A stretch of 64,000 bases of DNA from Mobula hypostoma. Lineage: Eukaryota. The number at the start of each line of letters is the position of its first letter. The stretch's first letter is position 1. The DNA lies in the NCBI RefSeq assembly GCF_963921235.1, contig NC_086097.1:161140001-161204000 (forward strand), read 5' to 3'. This document shows positions 51,791 through 62,362 of the stretch, piece by piece. The notes beneath the pieces are model-generated. The model saw only the letters and a program-made list of their open reading frames with translations. It did not search any database and was not told the DNA's origin. The translations under genes were made by a program, and so were the position numbers.

Positions 51791-52850
51791 GGTCTGTGTT
51801 TGAGTCCTGGCTCCAAGGTCCATGCTCTAAGTCCTAACCCAGACCCTGAGTCCCAGCCTAGTCCAGGGCCTGAGTCCTTGTCCAATACGCTTATTCCCGC
51901 TTCCCGTTTGCCCTCCTTGTAACGAGTAATAAACTCAATTTAGTTAACCCTACAAAGCGTGTTTGTGTCCTGCATTTGGGTCCACCCTTGCTCCGCACTT
52001 GTGACAGTATGACAGAAGAGATGTCCAAAGTTGATTGGGAGGGGACACCAGCAAGTATGATTGCAGAACAACAATGGCTGGAGTTTCTGGGGGCAATTTG
52101 GAAGGCGCAGGATAAATACATCCCAAAGGTGAAGAGTATTCTAAAGGGAAGATGAAGTAAGCGTAACTAAAATGGGGAATCAAAGACAGGATAAAAAGAA
52201 AAGGAAGGGCATATAATATAGCAAAAGTTAATGGGAAGTTAGAGGATTGGGAAACTTTTAAAAACCAAGAGAAGGCAACAAAAAAAAATGCGGGACAAAG
52301 AAATGGCAGAGGAACTTAATAAGTGTTTTGTGTCACTATGGAAAACACTAGCACAATGCCAGAAAGTTGAGAATGTCAAGGGGCAGAAGTGAGTGCTGTT
52401 GCTATAACTAAGGAGATGATGCTTGGAATGCTGAAAAGTTTGAAGGCACAGTAGATAAGTCACCCAGGCCAGATAGTTGACACGCCAGGGCTCTGAAAGA
52501 GGTAGCTGAAAGATTCTGAAGGCAATGGAATGGTTCTGGAGGACTGAAAAATTGCTAATGTTACTCCACTCTTTAAGAAGGGAGGGAGGCTGAAGAAATG
52601 AAATTATAGGCCAGTTAGCATGACATCAGTTAGGAAGATCTTGGAGACCATTATTAAGGATGAGGTGTTCTTGGAGGAACATGCTAAAACAGGGCAAAGT
52701 CAGCATAGTTTCTTTAAGGAGTAATCCTGCCTGACAGATCTGATGAAATTAATTGAGGAAATAACAGGCTAGATAGACAATCATGGGATATCACTTAACT
52801 GGATTTTCAGAAGGCCTTTGATAAGATGTCACACATGAGGCTGTTTCACA

Positions 52851-53103
52851 TGCTTTGCTTTTAGTTAGTTGCACGGTGGGTTTTTTTTTGGGGTTTTTTT
52901 TTTCTTTTTTTTCCATTGATATATATAAAATCTAGTATACTATTATGTTATCTTGGTTTCTTATGCTTAAATTACATTGTTTGTAGTATTTTCTTTTTGG
53001 TATTGTTATCTTTTGGAATTTTATTATACTTTAACATTGTATTAATGTTTATATGGCTTACCTTTTTTGTATACTTACTCAATAAAAAGATTTAAAAAGA
53101 AAA
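52851..53103 (+). mobile_element. 5'-truncated L1-like 3' end inserted in CR1 RT, with perfect 14-bp TSD
   Basis: GAGGCTGTTTCACA lies at 52837-52850 and 53104-53117; T-rich body; AATAAA at 53081 followed by an A-rich tail. Confidence 0.8.
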
Positions 53104-54249
53104 GAGGCTGTTTCACAAGGTAAGAGCCTATGGTATTACATGAAAGATACTACCATGTATAGAAGATTGGCTGACTGACAGGAGACAAAGAGTGGGGAAA
53201 AAGGGGCTGTTTCTGATTAGCCACCAGTGACTAGTGGTATTCTGCTCAGTGTAGGGACCACTTCTTTTCATGTTATATATCAATGATTTGGACAGTAGAA
53301 TCTTTGTGGACATACAAAGATAGGTGGCAGGGAAAATAGTGCTGAGGAAGCAAAGAGTCTGCAGAAGGACTTAGAATGGGAGAATGGGTAAAGAACTGGC
53401 AGATGTAGGGTAGTGTATGGTCATATTCTTTGGTAGAAGAAATAAAAGCTAAGACTATTACCTAACTGGGAGAAAATTCATGAATCAGAGGCGGAAGGGG
53501 ACTTGGGAGCCCTCGTGCAGAATAATGCCTCCATAATGATGCTATCTGCACTGAAAAATATACAGGATTCACTATAGATTGTTGATACTGGAATATAGAA
53601 AAACAAAAAAATCTGCTGAAGGACGTCAGCAGGTTGAGCAGCATCTATGGGAAGAAAGGAACTGACAATGTTTCAGGTCAAAATTTAATACTGTAATCCG
53701 TTTCTCCTACAGATGCTGCTCAATCTGCTGAGTTAATTGCTGCTAAAAACTATACACTTCAGTTAACATTATTCTGAAATAAATTTATAGTTGTTCATAA
53801 CTTAATGTCAGTTTCAATAAAAAGGAAGGCCTTTGCATTTAATGACTAGTGACTGGAGACAGCAAATTGGGTGCAATCTGTGTGATTAGAAAGTCAGGAA
53901 TTGATGGAGACAGCAGATTTCATGAAGGAAATTAATTTGATGAGTGGGAGAGGAGACAATGTTTAGAATCATTGAGTTCCTTAATCTGATGTCAAATGTA
54001 GAACAAAGATTCCAGGAGAAGAACAGTGAAGAACACAATTACTGTCAAAAGTTGCACATCTCTAGCTGGACTAGTAGTTATTACTAATCACTAATTGTTC
54101 TTCAAAAGGTGATGTTGACAGAGCTTTTGAACTGTTGGCCTATGTATAGTTAAACAAGTAGAGTCATAGGGTCAGAGAGTCACGGAGCATTACAGCACAG
54201 AAACAGGCCCTTCAGCCCATCTAGTCTGTGCTAAACAAAAGTAATCTCA

Positions 54250-55250
54250 CAAAAGTAGGCAAATACAAGGTTTGGACCTGGCGACAATGATGGATCAGCC
54301 AGGAGAAGACAATACTTGGAGAAGAACCAGGAAGTGATGGAGTTTTTACATGCCAAATGCCATTTGTACCACAAGAATCAGTACTGGAACTGCTGTTGTT
54401 GGTGATATGTGTAAACAATTTGGATAAAAGTGTAGGTGGGCTGATTAGTAAGTTTGTACATGACACAAAAACTGGCAGATGTGGATACTGCAGAAGGTTG
54501 TCAACAGATTCAGCATTATATAGAATAATTGGAGATATGGACAGAGAAATGGCTGCTGGAGTTTAGTACAGACAAATATGAGGTTTTGCACTTGTGGAGT
54601 CAATTGCAAGAGGAGAATATACAATAAATGACAGAACACTGAGGAGCACTGATGTCGAGAGGGATCTTGGTGCAAGTCCCTTGCTCCCTAAGAATGGCAA
54701 TACAAGTGGATAGGTTGGTAAAATGCATTGCATACTTGCCTTCATTTGACAAGGTGTTGAATATAAAAGTCAGGAAGCAATGCTGCCACTGTATGAAACT
54801 TCATTTCGGTTACACTTGGACATTGTATGCAGACTGGTCACTGTATTACAGGAGGAAAGTGAAACCTTTGCAAAGGGCACGTTGCTTGGATTAAATAGTA
54901 TTAGTTGCAAGAAAGGTTAGAAAACTTGGTGTGTCACAGACTAAGGGATAAACTGACAGAAGTATATAAAATTATGAGAGGTCAAATAGGGTAGATAGAA
55001 TCTATTACTATGGTGGGAATATCAATGACTAGAGAGTATAGATTTAAGGTGAGAGAGGGAACGCTTAGAGGAGATTTACAAGGCATGTATTTTACACAGA
55101 GAGTAAGTAGTAGGTGTCTGTAATTCACTGCCGGGGATGTGGTGGAAGATATGATAGCAATTTGATCAGTTTAGATTAGTATCTTGGTTGGCACAGACAT
55201 CCTGGGCCAAAAGGCCAGTTCCTATGCTCTGCTATTATACATTCTACGTT
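54250..55250 (+). mobile_element. Old CR1 ORF2 3' fragment
   Basis: Reads VPQESVLELLLLVICVNNLDKSVGGLISKFVHDTK and RDLGASP, with a decayed FTQRV segment. Confidence 0.7.
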
Positions 55251-56496
55251 CTAATTATATTATAGTAAATACTTCTGGCTCACTTGCATAAACACGTTTT
55301 GTATTTATTTCCTATTGTGTCTCAAGTATGACGCACAAGCCAATTGTGATCGTAGCTTCATTTCTTCTCTGCTTTTTTAAAAATATAATATATGAAAATG
55401 CATGTGGTAAAAAATCAGAGAGAAAAGCAGCGTGTGCATTCACTTTAGGTCATAAACTGTCCAAATATGATAACAAGAAAAGCAAAGAATATATATCCTA
55501 TAAAATCAAAATAAAAGCAGTAAATGCTGGAAATATTCATCATGTTAGGAAGCATCTGCGGCGAAAGAGAATTAATGCTCCAAGTCAGTACCCTTTCAAG
55601 AGAACTGCTGATGCTGCCTGATCTGCTGAGTACCTCCAGCGTTCCCTGCTTTTACTGCAGCCCTTATAATAAGGTTATTTAATTACTTATCTCTCTGACA
55701 TTTGGATATATATACACACACATGCAAGCATATACACACTTAATTTCTTTGTTCACTTTTACTATTTCTTTCTCTGTCATGTGCACCCAATCACCCCTCT
55801 TTCTCCCAATCCTATCAACCATTATTCATTTTGTAGTATTCTCAGTCAGAAACACAGTACTATGGGTACAAGTCGCACGTCGGGTTCGAGACTTGACCCC
55901 AAAAACTGACCACACACTCCAGTTCACCACTACTGGTCGGGCTGAGCTTAGATCAGACAAAGCTCTGATCTTCTCAAGGAATGCTAGTATCTCCTCCAAG
56001 AGTGACAAGAGTTGAAGAACCTACTGAAACTGCAATTCCATTCAGTTCCATGTATGTCTCATTAACATCCATCACTAATGACCAAAGCCAACATTTTTGT
56101 CCTTCACGATAGCACAGTTCCTCTCTTTTACTCACCTTTACAAATGTTCTCAAACATATGCAATCCCTCTTCTTTTTTCATGCTCCCTTAGTCTCTGGCA
56201 TTCCTTTTCCATTTCCATATTATCACTACTCTTTTAGTGTGCAAAAACTTGTGGTCCTAAAATTCCAACAAGCTCCTTTAATTATTCTGTTAAAGGTAAA
56301 ACGGGACAAGTTAGTGAACACATGGAATTGGAATAAATTCTACCAATCCCCAAATAAGGTTATGACAGACAATAGTAACAACCTCAGAGAATTTCAAGCT
56401 CCTAAAGTTACACATAGGTTAATGTTTCCATTATAGCAACAGATAAAGACAGCACAGAGAATACATCAGTCATCTGCACACATGGGATCTAAAATA

Positions 56497-56712
56497 TATT
56501 TTTTTAATTTATTGAGATACAGTGTGGAATCGGCCCTTCAAGCCATGCTGCCCAGCATCTACCAATTTAACACTAGCCTAATCATGGGACAATTTACAGT
56601 GACCAATTAATTTACCAATTGGTACATCTTTAGACTGTGGGAGGAAACCAGAGCACCTGGAGGAAACCCATGTGGTCATGGGGAGAACATACAAATGCCT
56701 TACAGACAGCGG
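56497..56712 (-). mobile_element. V-domain SINE fragment
   Basis: gactgtgggaggaaaccagagcacctggaggaaacccatgtggtcatggggagaacatacaaa is the reverse complement of the V domain. Confidence 0.8.
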
Positions 56713-59700
56713 TGTGCTGTCATAGTACATCTCTGGGCAAATGACGGAAACTAGATTTTCATCTCAGATTGCATTATCTTCACGATGCGTGATCTTATGA
56801 TTCTGAATTAATAATGGCCTAATGCTGGCAATGTCATATCTAGGATCTGAAGAAGGTCCTGTCAATAGTCAGAGAGAAAGAGGCAAACATAGAATTAGAG
56901 CCAGAAAGAGAAATAAAGAGAGAGAAAATAAGTGTGATTTAGAGAGAGAAAAGAGGCAAAAAGAAAAAGCTAGCAAAGTATTAAAAGGAATAAATAGAAA
57001 AAGAGAATAAGGTCAGTCACTGTGTTTGAAAGTTGTTGCATTGATCCTCAGAGTAGAGGAATGATGTGTTAAGGATAAAAACATTCTTCAGCTCTGAAGA
57101 ATTGAATCAGCATGATGATTCAGATAAGGAACAGCAGAATTGATTTCAGCGCAGCATATAAAGTGTTGGTTGAGTAAAAGCCAAACTCCAGCTGATTTAT
57201 CTTCACCTTTCTGGTCCCATGATGCAAATAAGAAAAATTTGACTGTGAAGACAGGCATAAAATAGATTTGTTAAAATATCTGGGACCATCCTAAAACCTG
57301 CAGCTATGAGAATCCATAGTTTAATTATTCTCTTTCTCAGTGTGCACGGCAGTTAGGCATGTCAGGGGCATAAATCACCCTTAACCGGATTCTTAAGGCA
57401 TGAGTTACCAGCTCCAAATGGCTGTAGTGATACTACTTCACATTAGCGGCTTCAATCCAGCAATTTCATGACATGACTAATCTCAATGGGGAGACTCACA
57501 GTGAGGTTGCAATTAATTTGGCTTTGACAAGTCTTACAGAGTTGGGACCAGCCACTGGTCAGAGCCCATTGATAAATCTGTTTCATCGCAGGGTGATGGG
57601 ATAACTTTTTGCAAAACAACTCTGAAGGCTTCATGAACTTACAGTTTCTGCATAGAATTCGTCGAGGGCCAGTATTTTTGTTGCTGCAAGGATCCCAAAT
57701 CTTTATCAGGAAAACTTTCACAGGCACATGACAACATGAAGCCCTTTTCAAAAATATATTGTCACATCACGTGATATTGGTGTGATTAAAATGTTTTGCA
57801 GCTGTCACCACAATCTGGAGAGCTGTGGAAAAAAGAGCTGATATAGGGGATTGAGGGCATGTTCCATTTATTTCCAAAGTAGATTTACAATTAAATTGCT
57901 GTGCACGCACTCTATTTCCCTTTTGCCAAATGATATCAGCAGAGAAACTGTTTCCAGCTCATGACTAAAAGTTATGTTTGAAGCCACCTCAGCATTTTTA
58001 ATGGCTGAAAAGAAGTGCTTATTATTAGAAATAAAGTGGAGACATCTATTGTGATATGCCAGCTAGAAATGGGAAGAACTGAGAAGGAGACAAAAATAGT
58101 AGCAACAAATGAAAGTACAAAGGAATTCACGAGGTAAAATACAAGCTTCTTATAATAATCCTCTGATATGTTGTAATAGAGCCCCAAAGGGCACGATCTC
58201 ATTCTCAAACAACAGAATGACAACCTTCCTGAAACACCTTTTTGTGAAAAGAGAAGTGTAACAAAATTCCCGTTACCCAGGCCTAAGATTTCGCCCCAAA
58301 TCCTGTATAGGTTCTTCTATATTTTTAGGTCAGCTCTTTGCTCTAAATGTGAAACAGTGGCATGGCAGGAAGAAAACTTTGAGAAAATTTATCTCCTTAT
58401 GTTCTCTGTGGAGGAAGAAGTCCCCTTGCAAAAGTATGTTGATGCTTTTTGGAATCATTTCCCTTTTTAATAGCCCTCATTCTGACAAGTCAGACAGGGT
58501 GACTGGCTGAAGAGCTCAGAGTAGAAATGTCAGCATATACCAGTAACTCAACGGGATTTACCACTCTGTTTTAAGGAAGCAAATTCTCACCAAAATGTAA
58601 CAGAGTAGAAAGTGTGTTCTCTATCCAACTATTCCAGTCCTGTTTACCAGCCCTACATTACCACACTACCAGGTTTTCTCCATGGACAGTTTGAACTTTG
58701 CAGCTTCAAAACTTTGTAGGTTTGGAGGAGCAAAGTATGTTACTGTACTGTGCCAGTTCTTCTCCAGAGATGTTCCTTCCATTGCCCGCTCTTTCCTATA
58801 TTCTTCATATTATTGTTTTGCAAATTTTCATCTCTTTTTAAAAACTATGATGCATTCTAATTCCATCTTCTTTCTGACAGAGAACTCTGTTTTGGACATG
58901 CACCTTATGTGAAAAACATCCCTTCTCCTTTACCACCTTTAGTGACGGCCTTAAATTCACAGATGTACAGCACAACCACAAATCTACCTGCCCACGGTGT
59001 CCATGTTGACCTTTTTTACCATCCACTCTAATCTGACTTACCCACATTAGGACCATATCTCGCTAAGACTTGTCTATTTAGGTGTCTGTCAAAATGCCTC
59101 TGTACCAGATGTCTCTGATTCCACGTCCCCTTAGGTGTACTCTGTAAAAAGCCTTTTTTGGCTTCAGTACATACAAAAATACTCCAGCTATCCCAAATCA
59201 AGGGCAGAATATTAATTTTCATTTTCTCTTGGGGGTCAGTTTTGACCAAAATAAATTGGCCCACTGTACTCCCAGCTCTTAAGAAGAACAGTCTGCTATC
59301 AGGACTGATCCCCAGCATGTATTTTATATCACCATCTTATTCACTTTTACGCCTGCCTTCCAATCCATCAAATATAGCCTCTTCTCTTTCCATTTTTTCC
59401 TAATTCGGTTACATTTTAAAACTGTCTTACTTTTCCTTGTTCTGATTAGAGGCCATCGAACTGTAATTTAACTGTGTCTCTCTCCAGAGCAGCTGCCTGT
59501 TTCCTCTACTTTTACTTTGGGAAATGTTGCAATGACTCTGGAACATATTGTTTCGTGATCAGCTTTGAAAAGTTACTTTCAGGTAGGTCATAATCCTGTG
59601 GCAGAAAATGTATCAAGTTTCCATTTCACAAATACCCAAAATAATACTGAACATTAAATAGGTAATAATGAAAGGTATTAGAATATTCCGGTATTATTCT

Positions 59701-61177
59701 ATACAGACAAGTTATACACCTGAACAAGTATTATGTTTTTCATTAGATTATTAAGTGCATCAAATGGAGTTTATTGCCGAACTATTTTGAGCTGGTTACT
59801 GACCATGTAGGTATAATATTATGCAACAAGTTTTAGGCACATATATATAGCCAGGTTGTCTAGGATTTTTGCACAGTACTGTGTATTTGGTAGGACAGCT
59901 CTTCGGCTGTCATACAAATAACTTACTTAGTAAGCCAGAAAGTTAACCTATGTACAATTCACTGTGATTTCACTATCTTCCCTTATCATCCTTTATGTCA
60001 CATATAATCATACATTCAGGCTCTTTAGCCTAATGTGCCCATTTACACTAAGCACCTATTTAAACTGTTCCCATTTTATTCCTTACTGACCTAACCATTC
60101 AAATCTGAAATATTAACACAATTACCTCCTCAAGTATTGCACCTTGAAGTGGATTCCATAACTTTAAATGCCCAAAGAATTGAGATTTTCCCTTGCTCTA
60201 CTCAAAGGTCTTAAATTTAATCAGTATGCCTTCCGTCTAGACCCCGCACCCCAGAGGAACACTGTCTGCTTCTACCGGTGATAAAGGAATATACTGGGGC
60301 AGCTGGAAATCTGAAATAAAACCAGAAATGCTCGGGACACTGAGTAGAATCAGCATTCATTACAGGTCAATGTCCTTCCACAACGCCCTATGTTATCTTT
60401 ATCCTGTTCACATAAGATACACAGTACATTCAGTAATTTAGATGGACAAAGTGCTTTATAAAATTGTTGTAGAAAAAAGAGAGAACATTTTCTGCTGCGT
60501 GTCTGCCTTGCCTCAGAGAAAACCAGTTCTGTGTAGTTGTACATCAAATCATTTCTAGCTGCAACATTGTGAAAATTTGATCACATTTGATCAACCCCAG
60601 TGTTGCATATGTTTCATTAATTCTTTAATAATTAAAAGACAATTGTGAGAAAATTTGTCCTAATTTGTTTTTTACCTCCATTCTGTGCTGAGTTTTTACT
60701 CCTATTAAATAACTTTTTTGAAACTTAACTTCACACTGTACTCATTCACCCTAGAGGTAGCTCACTTCATGATGTAATCTCTTCCATGCAGATTCATAAT
60801 TATTTAGAGAGGGATTTATATTGAGACCATGTAGCATTGTTTGACCGTTTATAGACAAATGTAATAGTTGGCCTTTAGCATAATACAGAAATCTGCTACT
60901 AATATAAATTACAGTCATATACAGTATAGCATTACAGGTTGGCAGAGAATAAGGATATGAGGAGTGAGTGTGGGCAGCAGGAAGGGAATTCTGTAATAAT
61001 CACATCCTTTACAACTGAGATGAGGAGGAATTCCTTCATCCAGAAGCTGGTGAATCTATAGAATTTATTAACAAGTAGGGCTATGGAGGCAAAAATCATT
61101 TGGTGTATTTAAGGTAGAAATTGACAAGTAATTTTGATTGGTAAAAAGATTAAGGGTTACAGGGAGAAGGTGAGAGA

Positions 61178-61215
61178 ATTTAATTTATTTGTTTATTTAT
61201 TTATTTATTTATTTA
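61178..61215. repeat. (TTTA)n microsatellite abutting the CR1 5' end
   Basis: Direct reading: tttaatttatttgtttatttatttatttatttatttaa. Confidence 0.85.
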
Positions 61216-61426
61216 AAAACTGCTCGGGGAGAAGGGTCTGCACTGCGCAGGCGCGTTACATAGCGCGCCAAGGTTTAAAAAGCAGACCACCATATACAGC
61301 GGCCATCGTCGGAGTGGACTGAGTCAGAGTGGGACGGCTTTGGCTCAAACAGGCTTCGGCGAGAACAGGTAGAGGCCAGGGTAGGTTCCGGTAAGTTTTT
61401 TGTTCGGATTGTCTAGCGTAGAGAGA

Positions 61427-62360
61427 ATGCCAGGCAGGATGTTGGAATGCTCTCTTGCAGGATGTGGGAAGTCAGGAATCCCTCCAGTGTCCCTGACAAC
61501 GACACCTGCAAGAACTGCATCCAGCTGCAGCTCCTGACAAACCCCGTTAGGGAACTGGAGCACGAGCTGGATGACCTGCGGATCATTCGGGAGAATGAGG
61601 AGATTATAGATCGTAGCTACAGGGAGGTAGTTACACCAAAGGAGCAGAGGACAGGAAATTGGGTCACTGTCAGGCGAGGGAAGAGGAAAGGGCAGGCAGA
61701 GCAGGGTTCCCCTGTGACCATTCCCCTCAACAACAAGTATACCGCATTGGATACTGTTGGGGGGGATGACTTACCTGGGTCAAGCTGCAATAGCCGGATC
61801 TCTGGCACTGAGGCTGGCTCTGCAGTGCAGAAGGGAGGGGGGAAAAGAGGAGAGTGGTAGTGATAGGGGACTCAATAGTTAGAGGTGCAGATAGAAGGTT
61901 CTGTGGTCATGACAGAGAATCCAGGATGGTTTGTTGACTCCCAGGTGCCAGGGTCAAGGATGTCTCTGATCGATTGCATGACATTCTGAAGTGGGAGGGT
62001 GACCAGCCAGATGTCGTGGTGCACATCGGTACCAATGACGTAGCAAGGAAGAGTGAAGAGGTCCTGGACAGTGAGTATAGAGAGCTTGGTAGGAAGTTGA
62101 AAAGCAGGACCTCGAGGGTGGTAATCTCAGGATTGCTACCTGTGCTAGGTGCCAGTGAGGGTAGGAATAGGATGCTCTGGAGGAGGAACAAGTGCCTGAG
62201 GAACTGGTGTAGGGGGCAGGGTTTCAGATTTCAGGATCATTGGGACCTCTTCTGGGGCAGGTGGGACCTGTACAAGAGAGACGGGTTACATTTGAACCAC
62301 AGGGGGACCAATATCCTTTCAGGGAGGTTTGTTAGTGCTAGTGGGGAGGCTTTAAACTAG
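61427..62360 (+). pseudogene. CR1 ORF1: Cys zinc finger/coiled coil plus SGNH-type esterase domain, disrupted
   Basis: ATG at 61427; C..CRMWE...TCKNCIQLQLL...VRELEHELDDL; esterase blocks VVIGDSIVRG, VVVHIGTND, DGLHLN; frameshifts near 61450 and 61845 and a TGA near 61936. Confidence 0.88.
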
Positions 62361-62362
62361 AT

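Larger units (their letters stand above)
50712..52006 (+). mobile_element. Solo LTR (Gypsy-like), related to 20644-21771, inserted in CR1
   Basis: Starts TGTCATGGTCCG (identical to the other LTR) and ends gtgtcctgcatttgggtcc...TGACA; AATAAA near 51928; flanks GCATG (50707-50711) and GTATG (52007-52011); the CR1 sequence resumes afterwards. Confidence 0.85.
49340..53525 (+). mobile_element. Decayed CR1 LINE (ORF1 esterase, APE endonuclease, RT) carrying nested insertions
   Basis: The ORF1 segment is homologous to 61900-62360 (aaaagcaggacctccagggtagtaatctctggatt). Endonuclease motifs LYLNAHSI, GDFHMQVDW, PTRGKTILDWVLCN, GSSDH. RT motifs NYRPVS, DFQKAFDK. It is interrupted at 50712-52006 and 52851-53103. 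Confidence 0.88.

Noticed and set aside
51589..51837. Repetitive ORFs (KSWLRGSS / QVLAPRFKY repeats) as a repeat protein
   Set aside because: They are translations of the 27-28-bp LTR minisatellite, whose unit length shifts the frame.
61860..62360. Stand-alone SGNH/GDSL esterase gene next to a nuclease, as a novel system
   Set aside because: An esterase domain in ORF1 followed by an APE-RT ORF2 is the established architecture of many CR1-clade LINEs.
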